Positions 8,900 to 17,832 of a stretch of 64,000 bases of DNA are shown here, one piece after another. The DNA is taken from assembly GCA_021797915.1 (NCBI GenBank), contig JAJZYT010000003.1:812-64811 (forward strand). Reading direction: 5' to 3'. The stretch is from Thermoplasmata archaeon (GTDB lineage Archaea; Thermoplasmatota; Thermoplasmata; Thermoplasmatales; GCA-001856825). The notes beneath the pieces are model-generated. The model was not told the DNA's origin. It ran no database searches and was given only the letters and a program-made list of their open reading frames with translations. Position 1 is the stretch's first letter, and every line of letters starts with the position of its first letter. The position numbers were made by a program, and so were the translations under genes.

Positions 8900-9799
8900 T
8901 CATTTGAGTATTTTCTTTAGCACTTCCAGGACTGCCTCTTCCCTGGTGAGGTCGTCGCTTACTACTTTTTTCGCAAACATCTCAATGATATCGTCCTTGG
9001 ATTTCAATACCTCAAGGATCTCTCTTCGAATTCTTTCTTTCTCCCTCAAAATCACGGACTCGTCTTTCGCCTTGGAGCTCCTCCCAGCATCAATCAATTT
9101 CACCAGTTCTTTTATTCCTTCTCCCGTTAGTGCAGAGACCTTCACAAGGCTGTGTTTCTTGGAAAGGTCGGGAATGCTCAGCGTCTCCATGAGCTCCTTT
9201 TCTGCTATTATTGCATCTGGCTTGTCGGCCTTGTTCAGCACCACATAGTCTCCTATCTCCATCTGTCCCGCTTTGAGCGCCTGCACCTGGTCACCCATTC
9301 CCGGTGAAAGGACCATGATTATTCTGTCTGCAAAGTGCAGTATATCCGTTTCATCCTGACCGGTACCAACCGATTCAACCAAGGTCATCGTAAAACCCAG
9401 GTACGACATCAGGTCCAGTGAATCCCCAAGTGCCAGATTGAGCCCGCCGGTGGACCCTCTCGTCGCCATGCTTCTCACATAAATGTTGTCTGTGTTTTCT
9501 AACCTTAACCTGTTGCCAAGCAGAGATCCACCGCTAAACGGAGAAGTCGCATCGATCATCACAATCGCGAGTCTCTCTCTCTTTGAAAACTCGGCGGCAA
9601 GTCTTGATATGAGTGAACTCTTCCCGACACCAGGTGGCCCTGTTATGCCAACTACAAAGGTGTTTTTCTTCTTGCGACTGATCCTCTTTATCAGGCTGGA
9701 ATAACCATCGCTGCGGTTCTCCATTATAGTAACTAATTTTCCGATGTCCCTCCTGTTGCCGCTTTCCGCAGACGAAATGAGCTCTGACAACTTTGGCAT
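8900..9799 (-). CDS. meaB: MeaB/ArgK-family G3E GTPase
   Basis: P-loop GITGPPGVGKSS, VESVGTGQDE and the NKADK G4 motif; 299 aa. Confidence 0.85.
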   Translation of the reverse strand: MPKLSELISSAESGNRRDIGKLVTIMENRSDGYSSLIKRISRKKKNTFVVGITGPPGVGKSSLISRLAAEFSKRERLAIVMIDATSPFSGGSLLGNRLRLENTDNIYVRSMATRGSTGGLNLALGDSLDLMSYLGFTMTLVESVGTGQDETDILHFADRIIMVLSPGMGDQVQALKAGQMEIGDYVVLNKADKPDAIIAEKELMETLSIPDLSKKHSLVKVSALTGEGIKELVKLIDAGRSSKAKDESVILREKERIRREILEVLKSKDDIIEMFAKKVVSDDLTREEAVLEVLKKILK

Positions 9800-9825
9800 C
9801 CCATTCCTATTTCTTCAACGGTAAA

Positions 9826-10185
9826 TTACTTTTCTTTGGTTCCACGTCTGAACGCTCTTAGTGGAAGCATTACGCAGTTTATCCTACCTGGAGATATCTT
9901 GATGGGGAAGTTCTCTACAAAGGCAAGGTCGTCTTGTTCTTTCAACGAATTGATCTCTTTCCCGATTGCATTCTCGCAAAACATATCAGTCGATACTACG
10001 GAGAGGATGCACCCCTCACCCTGCCACTTCATATCACTTATTCTCCCATTCCCATCTGTCTTGATGTAGAGCACGATTCTGTCACCGCAGGTACTGGATG
10101 CCTCATCTATCTTTATTTCGAAATCTTCCATCTTCCCATTCTTTGCGGGGTTCTGGTATCTGTCCATCACCTCATCATTGTACAT
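9826..10185 (-). CDS. sufU: SufU/IscU-like Fe-S cluster scaffold (NifU N-terminal domain)
   Basis: 119 aa with three conserved Cys contexts (STCGD, GEGCILS, INCVMLP). It abuts the sufS stop. Confidence 0.8.
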   Translation of the reverse strand: MYNDEVMDRYQNPAKNGKMEDFEIKIDEASSTCGDRIVLYIKTDGNGRISDMKWQGEGCILSVVSTDMFCENAIGKEINSLKEQDDLAFVENFPIKISPGRINCVMLPLRAFRRGTKEK

Positions 10186-11442
10186 CTACAATTCACCGAG
10201 CGAACTCACGAACGCTTCGACATCCTCTTCTCCATTGTACACATAGAATGATGCTCTTGCAGTGCCGGGCAGGTGGAGTGATCTCATTAGCGGCTCAGCG
10301 CAGTGATGTCCCGATCGAACGTACACATTTCTTTCATCAAGGAAAGTCGCAATGTCGTGCGAATGATACAGCCTGTCAACCTTCACATTCTTGCTTTCGA
10401 GGTCATTCCCCAAGTTAGAAGAATCCTTGACATTGAAAGCGATTACCCCTCCTCTTTCTTCGGCGTTTCTGGGGCCATAATACTTGACATTTTTCAAGTC
10501 TTCCAATTTCCTGAGCGTCATTGAAGTCAGATGTTTTTCGTGACTTCTGACTTCTTCCATACCTATCTTTTTCAGGTAATAAACCGCCGCTGCGAGTCCT
10601 ACCGCACCCTCCACGTTTGGAGTGCCAGCTTCGAATTTGATCGGCGGATCTTCGAATATTGCAGAGTGGAAGTCAACGTCTTTAATCATTTCTCCACCTC
10701 TGTTGAAAGGAGGCATTTCTTCCAGGAGATGATATTTCCCGAATAGGACGCCTATGCCCATGGGTCCAAGCATCTTGTGACCAGAAAATGCAACAAAATC
10801 GTACTGTTCCTTCATCTTGAACGGCATATGAGGAACAGACTGAGCTGCATCAATTATGAAAGTTGAGCCATTCTCCTTTGCCACCTTTCCGATCTCCTCT
10901 ATGGGATTTATTGTTCCCAAGACATTGGACTGGTGAGTTACCGAGACTATCTTCGTTTCCCGTTTAAGTTTAGACTTCAGGTCTTCGATATCTAGATGTC
11001 CTTCTTTATCGAATCCAACGTAATCGAGGTAAATTCCTCTCTCCTCGAGTCGCATCCACGGCAGTATATTGCTGTGGTGCTCCATCGATGTAATCAATAT
11101 CCGATCTCCCTTTCTCAGGGATTCGCCTATGGTGAACGAGAGCAGATTCAGACTCTCCGTCGTGTTCCTGGTGAAGACGATCTCGTTGCTTCTTGCTCCT
11201 ATGAATTCGGCAACGTTCGACCTTGAATTTTCGTAGAGTTCGGTGGCGTCATCAGCAAGTTTGTAGACCGAACGGTGAACGTTCGCGTTTGAACCCTCAT
11301 AATAATTGACTATGGCATCTAGAACTTGTTTTGGTTTTTGAGTTGTGGCAGTCGAGTCAAGGTAAACCATGCTCTTGCCATTGAACTTCTTTTTGAAAAT
11401 CGGGAAATCTTCCTTCTTACAGAAGTCGCTAATCATTACCAA
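10186..11442 (-). CDS. sufS: cysteine desulfurase SufS (class V aminotransferase)
   Basis: PLP-lysine motif SGHKMLGP and catalytic Cys loop RSGHHCAEPL; 418 aa; sits in the suf operon. Confidence 0.92.
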   Translation of the reverse strand: MVMISDFCKKEDFPIFKKKFNGKSMVYLDSTATTQKPKQVLDAIVNYYEGSNANVHRSVYKLADDATELYENSRSNVAEFIGARSNEIVFTRNTTESLNLLSFTIGESLRKGDRILITSMEHHSNILPWMRLEERGIYLDYVGFDKEGHLDIEDLKSKLKRETKIVSVTHQSNVLGTINPIEEIGKVAKENGSTFIIDAAQSVPHMPFKMKEQYDFVAFSGHKMLGPMGIGVLFGKYHLLEEMPPFNRGGEMIKDVDFHSAIFEDPPIKFEAGTPNVEGAVGLAAAVYYLKKIGMEEVRSHEKHLTSMTLRKLEDLKNVKYYGPRNAEERGGVIAFNVKDSSNLGNDLESKNVKVDRLYHSHDIATFLDERNVYVRSGHHCAEPLMRSLHLPGTARASFYVYNGEEDVEAFVSSLGEL

Positions 11443-12586
11443 TCACTTCTTCCACAATTTGAAGATACTTCCTGGAAATATCTTCTGGAAGAGGATAGAT
11501 AATAGGACTAATAAAGCCTTCTATTACGGCCTTTTTGGCCGTTCTGAGGTCAAGGCCCCTGCTCATCAGATAAGTCAATTCTTCCTCAGAAATATTGGAC
11601 ACAGATTCACCATGTTTCGCCTTCACCTCACCGTTGAAAATCTCGAGCACGGGAAGCGCATTGCCTGCAGCTTCCTTGGTTAACAATAGCAGGTTCGCAA
11701 GAAGAAGGGACTCAACCTTGAACGCTTTTTCTCCAATCTTGATGAATCCCCTGAAAATAAGTGAAGAACTCCCTCCAAGGATACCTTTGAATGCGGTATT
11801 GTTCTTTCCGTGGATTGCCCTATGGTCCGTATATACTTCGAGGTCAAGGTGTTCCTTCTTTTTCCCAAGCGCGGCTCCGTAATACCAAGACTCAGCGTGT
11901 TCTCCAACCTGGATGGTCCTGAATCTCGAAATGCTCTTCTTTCCCGGGAGAGAAAGATGGTGAATCCTTAGCGTGGAATATCTTCCCATTACGATGGTCC
12001 TTTCAAGATAACTGAGTTCGGTGTTCTCTTCGTCCTCGAGTAAGAAGTAATCCAGCGACGAATTCTCGCCTACCTTTATCACCGTTCCGTGTGAAACTGA
12101 ACTGTTACCAGTTACCACAAAATTTTCAAGGATCTTTGCAGAAGAATTGTTGCCGATCGAATAGAGATTCCGAACATTGAAGTCCCTGTCTCCAGTATGA
12201 AGGACGTTGATCATCTTGTCCGACTGATAGTTTTCAGGCACTCCCAGGTAGAATCCGTCGTTGAAGTAACCCTGATTGATGGCGCTCAGCTTGTCATAGT
12301 TTTCACTGAAAATGTCTTCTGGTCTCATTAGTCCCTGTGAGATGGCATCGCTCAAAGGGAGAAATCTTACGGATCCTCCGCCAAACAGTCTGCACGGAGA
12401 CCCGTTATTCGTTGTAATGTTCCGCTGCATTCCTGCGCAGCCAGACTTCACAGATCTCAGCAGCGGCAGAAGATCGTTATCCTTAAGGGCAGTATAACTC
12501 CTTACCGACGGAGAGTCGTGTTCTGCGAAGATAGGAAGGCTATCTGCCACCTTCTTCTTTTCTGCAGTTATGTTCTCGATGCTCAC
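11429..12586 (-). CDS. sufD: Fe-S cluster assembly protein SufD
   Basis: 385-aa SufB/D-family ORF between sufB and sufS. Its start overlaps the sufB stop (ATGA). Confidence 0.85.
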   Translation of the reverse strand: MSIENITAEKKKVADSLPIFAEHDSPSVRSYTALKDNDLLPLLRSVKSGCAGMQRNITTNNGSPCRLFGGGSVRFLPLSDAISQGLMRPEDIFSENYDKLSAINQGYFNDGFYLGVPENYQSDKMINVLHTGDRDFNVRNLYSIGNNSSAKILENFVVTGNSSVSHGTVIKVGENSSLDYFLLEDEENTELSYLERTIVMGRYSTLRIHHLSLPGKKSISRFRTIQVGEHAESWYYGAALGKKKEHLDLEVYTDHRAIHGKNNTAFKGILGGSSSLIFRGFIKIGEKAFKVESLLLANLLLLTKEAAGNALPVLEIFNGEVKAKHGESVSNISEEELTYLMSRGLDLRTAKKAVIEGFISPIIYPLPEDISRKYLQIVEEVIGND

Positions 12587-15126
12587 CCTACAGCACCATA
12601 CTTGTTCATTTCCAGTTTTACTAGCTTATTGAATTCTATAGAGTATTCGAGAGGAATCTCCTTGAGGACGTCATCAAGGAAGCCAAGCACTATGAGTGAC
12701 CTCGCATCCTCTTCCCTGATTCCCCTGCTCATCAGGTAGTCTACCTGATCCTCGGATATCCTCCCCACCGAAGCTTCGTGCGAGAACGAAGCACTCTCTT
12801 CCAGTATTTCGTTGTGGGGATACGTGTTGCTCTTTGATATGTTATCGAGTATAAGTGCATCGCACTGTACCGATGCCTTCGAATTGTATGCCCCTGGGTT
12901 TATTCTCAGTTGGCCCCTGTAGACCGACATACCTCCTCTTCCGGATATGCTCTTCGCTACCACTTTTGAACTTGTGTTTGGCGCTGCGTGAACGACCTTC
13001 GCCCCGCTGTCCTTCCAGACGGGTCCGATTCCGAGTGCCACGTTCAGGTTTGATGTGCTTGCATACGGTCCTCTCAGTATGGATGAAGGATAGGTCATCG
13101 TGATCTTTGAGCCGAGGGAACCCTGTACCCATTCCATTTTTCCGTTCTCTTCGACCCACGATCTCTTTGTGGGCCCGTTGATGATGTTGTCGGACCAATT
13201 CTGGATTGATGTGTACCTCATCTTTCCGCCCTTCTTGACGTAGACCTCCACAATGGCAGCGTGAAGAGAATACTGGCTGTACGTGGGTGCGGTACAGTTG
13301 TGGACGGCGAATCCCTTTACTAGGTAGGAGTTCTGATCCTTCACTTCAAGATTGTACACCTTGTCCTTGAACTTCTCTCTGACAATCTTCCTTATCGGGA
13401 CGTAGAAATTGTTGCCAACCTTCCTGACCTGCGAGAACCTTTTGTTTTCTGAGTATTCTACGATATACTGGTCTCTTCTCTCCTTCATCCTTCCAAGAAT
13501 ACTATCCTCTCCCCCCTTTCTTATCGATAAATTTGCAAAGATTCCATTTCTCGCTATGATCTCCTGTAGCTGGAACGCAAGAATTTTACTAGTAGTCGAT
13601 GCCCGGACCATCACAGACTTGAATGGTTTGTTCACGTAGACGTTGCCGTCCCCTTTGAGATAATTGTCAAGAAGGATCTTCTGTTTCTCGGGCGGCAGTT
13701 CCATCAAGACTTTGGAAAGTTTCTTCTGAACAGCTCCTTTCCCGACGTGTGTCTCGCAGAGTTCAATTAACTTCTTTGAATGTGAGGCGACTGTGTAGTA
13801 TCCGCCGCGGACTTTCGTGATATTGACCTGCTCTCCAAGAGATTTGATCGTTTCGTAAAGATCCGTAGCCAGCTCCTTTTCCTTTTTCGACTTTCCAAAG
13901 CTGAAGACTAGAAGATTCATTTTTAATGCATTATTGAAGGAAACGGATCCCTCGGCCGTGTAGAGACCCAGCACTTTGAGCACTTCTGGGGTCATCTCTT
14001 TACTATCTTTGGAAACCGTGGGCGCAACATAAACTATGAAGTCGCCTTCTGCAAGCTCCTCTGCCCTTATGTATTCAGGTTTAGCAGAAATGAGTTTCTT
14101 GGTAGATACTTCCGATCTCCACCCATTGCGCAACTTTCTCGAAGCTGCGACAGATTTTCTCTTGATCGCAAGCACTGGATGTTCCACAGTGAGCTTGAAT
14201 GCATTCCCACTTGAGAGGGGAGTAAATGTCACCATGGTCCCGTCATATGGTCTTTCGAATGTTCTGATCACCTTGGAATTCTCTCCAGAATGAGTCATCA
14301 CATCTTCCGACATATTCACCGAGCTTATGGGAACAAATGAGTCACCCCTGCTTACGAGCTCCTCTGCAGGAAGACAGCCTTCTATGTAGTGCACGGAAGC
14401 ATCGGGTTCTGTGATTATGAGTGTCCTTTCGAACTGACCCTCGAGCGCTCCATTCATCCTGAAGTACGCCTGAACTGGGAGATCCAGATGAATCCCACTT
14501 GGGACGTAAAGGAAAGAGCCTCCCGACCAGACCGCTGTGTTCAAAGCGGCGAATTTGTTATCTGAAGGTGGGACGATCTTACCGAAGTGTTCCCTGACTA
14601 TGTCTGGGTGCGTCTTGACGGCGCTGTCCATATCCATGAAAATTACTCCTTTATCCTCCCACTGCTTCCTCAACCTCGAATAAACCCCTTCAGACTGCAA
14701 CTGCGCAACGGACCCCGCGAGGTATTTCTTCTCCATCTCCGGTACTCCGAGCTTGTCGAAAGTATCCTTTATCTCCTTGGGCACATCCTCCCAGCTGTTC
14801 GACTTCCTGTCCTCAGGTCTTATGAAGTATGTGAGCTCATCGAAATTCAGTTCTGACAGATCTGGACCCCACGTTGGAACAGGTTTCGAAAGAAATATGT
14901 CGAGCGCCTTGAGCCTGATGTTCCTCATCCAGTCAGGTTCATTCTTCGCCTTTGAGATCTCTTCCACTACTGACCTGCTGATACCCTTCTCCGTCTGATA
15001 AACTGGTTTTGTATTTGTTGTGAAATCGTACTTTATCTCGTTTAACTTCTTCAAATCAACTTCTTCATCAGTTAATTTTTGCATCCACCTCATCTCCTTT
15101 ATAGTATTCGTAGCCTCTCTCTTCAA
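12583..15126 (-). CDS. sufB: Fe-S cluster assembly protein SufB, intein-containing precursor
   Basis: 847 aa, against about 470-490 aa for intein-free SufB. The exteins ...ASVHYIEG and CTAPTYSQYSLHAAIVEVYV...YTSIQNWS... rejoin into conserved SufB sequence. Alternative starts at 15093 or 15084 would reduce the overlap with sufC. Confidence 0.92.
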   Translation of the reverse strand: MKREATNTIKEMRWMQKLTDEEVDLKKLNEIKYDFTTNTKPVYQTEKGISRSVVEEISKAKNEPDWMRNIRLKALDIFLSKPVPTWGPDLSELNFDELTYFIRPEDRKSNSWEDVPKEIKDTFDKLGVPEMEKKYLAGSVAQLQSEGVYSRLRKQWEDKGVIFMDMDSAVKTHPDIVREHFGKIVPPSDNKFAALNTAVWSGGSFLYVPSGIHLDLPVQAYFRMNGALEGQFERTLIITEPDASVHYIEGCLPAEELVSRGDSFVPISSVNMSEDVMTHSGENSKVIRTFERPYDGTMVTFTPLSSGNAFKLTVEHPVLAIKRKSVAASRKLRNGWRSEVSTKKLISAKPEYIRAEELAEGDFIVYVAPTVSKDSKEMTPEVLKVLGLYTAEGSVSFNNALKMNLLVFSFGKSKKEKELATDLYETIKSLGEQVNITKVRGGYYTVASHSKKLIELCETHVGKGAVQKKLSKVLMELPPEKQKILLDNYLKGDGNVYVNKPFKSVMVRASTTSKILAFQLQEIIARNGIFANLSIRKGGEDSILGRMKERRDQYIVEYSENKRFSQVRKVGNNFYVPIRKIVREKFKDKVYNLEVKDQNSYLVKGFAVHNCTAPTYSQYSLHAAIVEVYVKKGGKMRYTSIQNWSDNIINGPTKRSWVEENGKMEWVQGSLGSKITMTYPSSILRGPYASTSNLNVALGIGPVWKDSGAKVVHAAPNTSSKVVAKSISGRGGMSVYRGQLRINPGAYNSKASVQCDALILDNISKSNTYPHNEILEESASFSHEASVGRISEDQVDYLMSRGIREEDARSLIVLGFLDDVLKEIPLEYSIEFNKLVKLEMNKYGAVG
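13297..14376 (-). mobile_element. intein (360 aa) with LAGLIDADG homing-endonuclease domain, inside sufB
   Basis: Begins with Cys (TGT, rc of 14374-14376) right after ...YIEG. Ends with His-Asn (rc of 13297-13302) followed by the +1 Cys of CTAP. Two LAGLIDADG-like blocks are present: VLGLYTAEGSV and LLDNYLKGDGNVY. Confidence 0.88.
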
Positions 15127-15835
15127 TCAACTTGGCAAGATCCCCCTTACCACTCTCGGCGATCCGACCATTAATCAGGACGTGGACGAAATCTGGTTTT
15201 ATGTAATCCAGAATTCTCTGATAGTGGGTGATGATGATTATTCCAGCCCCGTTCTCCTTTGCTCTGGAAATGGCTTTTGAAACGACCTTTAGGGCATCTA
15301 CATCCAGCCCAGAATCTATCTCGTCCAGAATTATGAATTTTGGTTTCAATATCAGCATCTGGAGTGCTTCCATCCTCTTCTTTTCTCCGCCCGAAAGGCC
15401 CTCATTCAATCCCCTGTCGACGAACGAACTGTCGAGACCAAAGTACTTGAGAAGTTCTTTAACCTCTTCCACGAATTTCTTGTACTCCAGTTTCTCGTCT
15501 GGGTGAAGTGAGGCGTAGGCAGTTCTCAGGTAGTTTATGAACCTAAGTCCCTGTACAGAAACCGGCTCCTGGAAAGCAACGAATAGACCCTCTCTTGCTC
15601 TTTCATAGACCTGCATATCGTTCAGTTTTTTACCGTTAATCTGGAGTTCACCACTATTGACCTTGTACCTAACACTTCCAACGACCGTATGAGCTAGGGT
15701 GCTCTTCCCCGTCCCGTTTGGTCCCATTAGTGCATGAACCTCTCCCGACTTTACTGTGATCGTCACGTCTTTGAGTATCTCCTTGTCTCCAATAGAGACA
15801 TTCAGGTTCTTTATAGAGAGAATGTTAGAGTCCAT
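15068..15835 (-). CDS. sufC: Fe-S cluster assembly ATPase SufC
   Basis: Walker A GPNGTGKST, ABC signature LSGGEKKR and Walker B ILDEIDSGLD; first gene of sufCBDSU. Confidence 0.93.
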   Translation of the reverse strand: MDSNILSIKNLNVSIGDKEILKDVTITVKSGEVHALMGPNGTGKSTLAHTVVGSVRYKVNSGELQINGKKLNDMQVYERAREGLFVAFQEPVSVQGLRFINYLRTAYASLHPDEKLEYKKFVEEVKELLKYFGLDSSFVDRGLNEGLSGGEKKRMEALQMLILKPKFIILDEIDSGLDVDALKVVSKAISRAKENGAGIIIITHYQRILDYIKPDFVHVLINGRIAESGKGDLAKLIEERGYEYYKGDEVDAKIN

Positions 15836-15893
15836 TGTGATTTTGTATGAAATAATGATATTTAAACATTTTTTCCTGATTAAAGCAATAAAA

Positions 15894-15912
15894 GTTAAAT
15901 AGAGTATTTAAC
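15894..15912. promoter_or_regulatory. perfect palindrome GTTAAATA-gag-TATTTAAC in the divergent suf/regulator intergenic region (candidate operator)
   Basis: 8-bp inverted repeat with a 3-nt spacer, read directly. It lies 14 nt upstream of the regulator ATG (15926) and about 60 nt from the sufC start. It could instead simply be TATA-like sequence. Confidence 0.35.
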
Positions 15913-15925
15913 TCAAGCAAATAGT

Positions 15926-16543
15926 ATGGAAGAAATAGCCACTTTAGGTGAAAGCAAGCAGAAAATTCTGGAAGCACTTCTGGAGAAACCTAGAGTCGTC
16001 TATGAATTATCCGATTCGCTAAACATCAGGAGCAATGCCATAAGGGAACACCTGATCATGCTCGAAGGCATGGGTTATGTAGAATCCAAGTTTGAGAAGA
16101 CAAAAGTTGGAAGACCGAAGAAAATTTACAGCATATCTGCGGACGGAATGAAACTGTTCCCAAAGAAATATGATCTTTTGTTAAAGATACTGCTGGACGA
16201 ACTCACTTCAGAAAACGGCACACTTTGGGTAAAAGACTTCCTCAAGAGAGCGGGAGAGAGGATAGTCAAGGAAGATGGTTCAAAGACAAAAGACATTAGC
16301 GACCTATTGACATTTTACAACAATCTGGGGTGCATGGCCACAGCCGTTGAAAAGGACGGGAACATAGTGATCAAGAGGAATAACTGCATATACTATTCAC
16401 TGGCTCTTGACACAAACAACGCTTTCTGCGGAACGTTTGAAGACGCGCTCATAGAAACGATGCTACCTTCTTATAAGGTAATCAAAAAAGATCCAATTTC
16501 CAAGGACAAGTACGACTGCGAAATAACGCTCTCAAAAGCATAG
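15926..16543 (+). CDS. ArsR-type wHTH transcription regulator with Cys-containing C-terminal domain (SufR-like by context)
   Basis: N-terminal wHTH (KQKILEALLEKPRVVYELSDSLNIRSNAIREHLIMLEGMGYVE...GRPKKIYSI). C-terminal domain with NNCIYY...AFCGTF...YDCEI. Divergent from the suf operon. Confidence 0.7.
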   Translation: MEEIATLGESKQKILEALLEKPRVVYELSDSLNIRSNAIREHLIMLEGMGYVESKFEKTKVGRPKKIYSISADGMKLFPKKYDLLLKILLDELTSENGTLWVKDFLKRAGERIVKEDGSKTKDISDLLTFYNNLGCMATAVEKDGNIVIKRNNCIYYSLALDTNNAFCGTFEDALIETMLPSYKVIKKDPISKDKYDCEITLSKA

Positions 16544-16583
16544 TGGCAAAGTTTTATTGCCTTCTCGTACTTAACCGTAAGAA

Positions 16584-17216
16584 ATGCTGACGGTGATCGA
16601 AACCTTTTATTCTATAGAGGGGGAGGGACCCCTCATCGGAGTTCCCACATTCTTCATACGACTCTCTGGCTGCAACCTGAGATGCGAATGGTGTGACTCC
16701 AAGTACACATACTCTGGAGGGGAAAAAAGGACCATCGAAAGTTTGGTCGACGAAGCATCTGAATACAAGACGAAGTTTGTTTGCATCACCGGAGGTGAGC
16801 CTCTCATTCAGAAGGAAGTTTATCCACTAATGTACAAACTTCTGGATAAGGAATATAAGATAATACTTGAAACGAGCGGCTCGATCTCTGTAGAGGACGT
16901 TCCAACAGACGATAACGTGATTATTTCAATGGACATAAAGACACCATCTTCCAATATGGTGCAGCACAACATATACGAGAACATTGAGCTGCTAGCGGAG
17001 AAGGATTACCTTAAGTTCGTCATTGCGGACGAAAAGGATTATTCATTCTCAAAATCAATAGTTGAGAAGTATCCCTTTGATGGTGAAGTGATTTTTCAAC
17101 CTGAGGGCGGAAAAAATTTGAAGGAACTTACCGAAAAAGTATTAAAAGAAAGATTGAATATCAGAGTACTGCCACAATTGCACAAGTTAATTTGGGGAGA
17201 CAGGCGAGGAGTATGA
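16584..17216 (+). CDS. queE: 7-carboxy-7-deazaguanine synthase (radical SAM)
   Basis: IEGEGPLIGVPTFFIRLSGCNLRCEWCDS cluster motif; 210 aa. Confidence 0.88.
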   Translation: MLTVIETFYSIEGEGPLIGVPTFFIRLSGCNLRCEWCDSKYTYSGGEKRTIESLVDEASEYKTKFVCITGGEPLIQKEVYPLMYKLLDKEYKIILETSGSISVEDVPTDDNVIISMDIKTPSSNMVQHNIYENIELLAEKDYLKFVIADEKDYSFSKSIVEKYPFDGEVIFQPEGGKNLKELTEKVLKERLNIRVLPQLHKLIWGDRRGV

Positions 17217-17830
17217 TGGGGCAGGAATACACTGATGAAGAAGGGGAAAACGCGACCAAGATGGCCAGGAGGGCCATTGAGGAATACATTGACATCAAGT
17301 TAATTGTAAAGAACAGTTACGGAGGGAAGTTTGTCGAGAAGAGGGGAGTATTCACTACCCTGACAAATTCTTCAGGAAAACTGAGGGGTTGCATAGGATT
17401 TCCGGAACCAGTATTCCCGCTAGGAGAGGCAGTCATAAAGAGTGCGATATCAGCTGCTTCGAGCGATCCGAGGTTTCCTCCCGTCACTAAGGAGGACATG
17501 GACGATATCACTGTCGAAGTTTCAATGCTGAGCAAGCCGGTTGCGCTTGCCGTCAAGAACAGGAAGGACCTGCCGTCCATGATTGCAGTCGGGAGGGACG
17601 GACTCATTGCGGAAAGGGACTCATTTTCAGGTCTCCTGCTTCCGCAGGTGGCGGTTGAGGAAAAGATGGATCAGAAGGCATTCCTTAAAGCCGTTTGCTG
17701 GAAGGCCGGAATGGAACCGGACTGCTGGAAGGACGGCGACACCTCAATCTCAACATTCAATGCAGAGGTCTTCTACGAAGTGGAACCAAGAGGACCAGTA
17801 TTCAGGAAGGTTCTGTCAGCGGAGAAATAG
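17213..17830 (+). CDS. AMMECR1-domain protein
   Basis: LRGCIGF motif. The ATG at 17213 overlaps the queE TGA (ATGA). The ORF-track TTG at 17192 was rejected. Confidence 0.8.
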   Translation: MMGQEYTDEEGENATKMARRAIEEYIDIKLIVKNSYGGKFVEKRGVFTTLTNSSGKLRGCIGFPEPVFPLGEAVIKSAISAASSDPRFPPVTKEDMDDITVEVSMLSKPVALAVKNRKDLPSMIAVGRDGLIAERDSFSGLLLPQVAVEEKMDQKAFLKAVCWKAGMEPDCWKDGDTSISTFNAEVFYEVEPRGPVFRKVLSAEK

Positions 17831-17832
17831 TA

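Noticed and set aside
17695-17832. The 46-codon N-terminal extension of the pyrC-like ORF, plus similar track extensions at 5181-5255, 6287-6382, 24584-24682, 47386-47433, 60620-60691 and 63059-63097.
   Set aside because: These extensions overlap the preceding gene or add non-conserved residues. An internal ATG gives the family-typical N-terminus.
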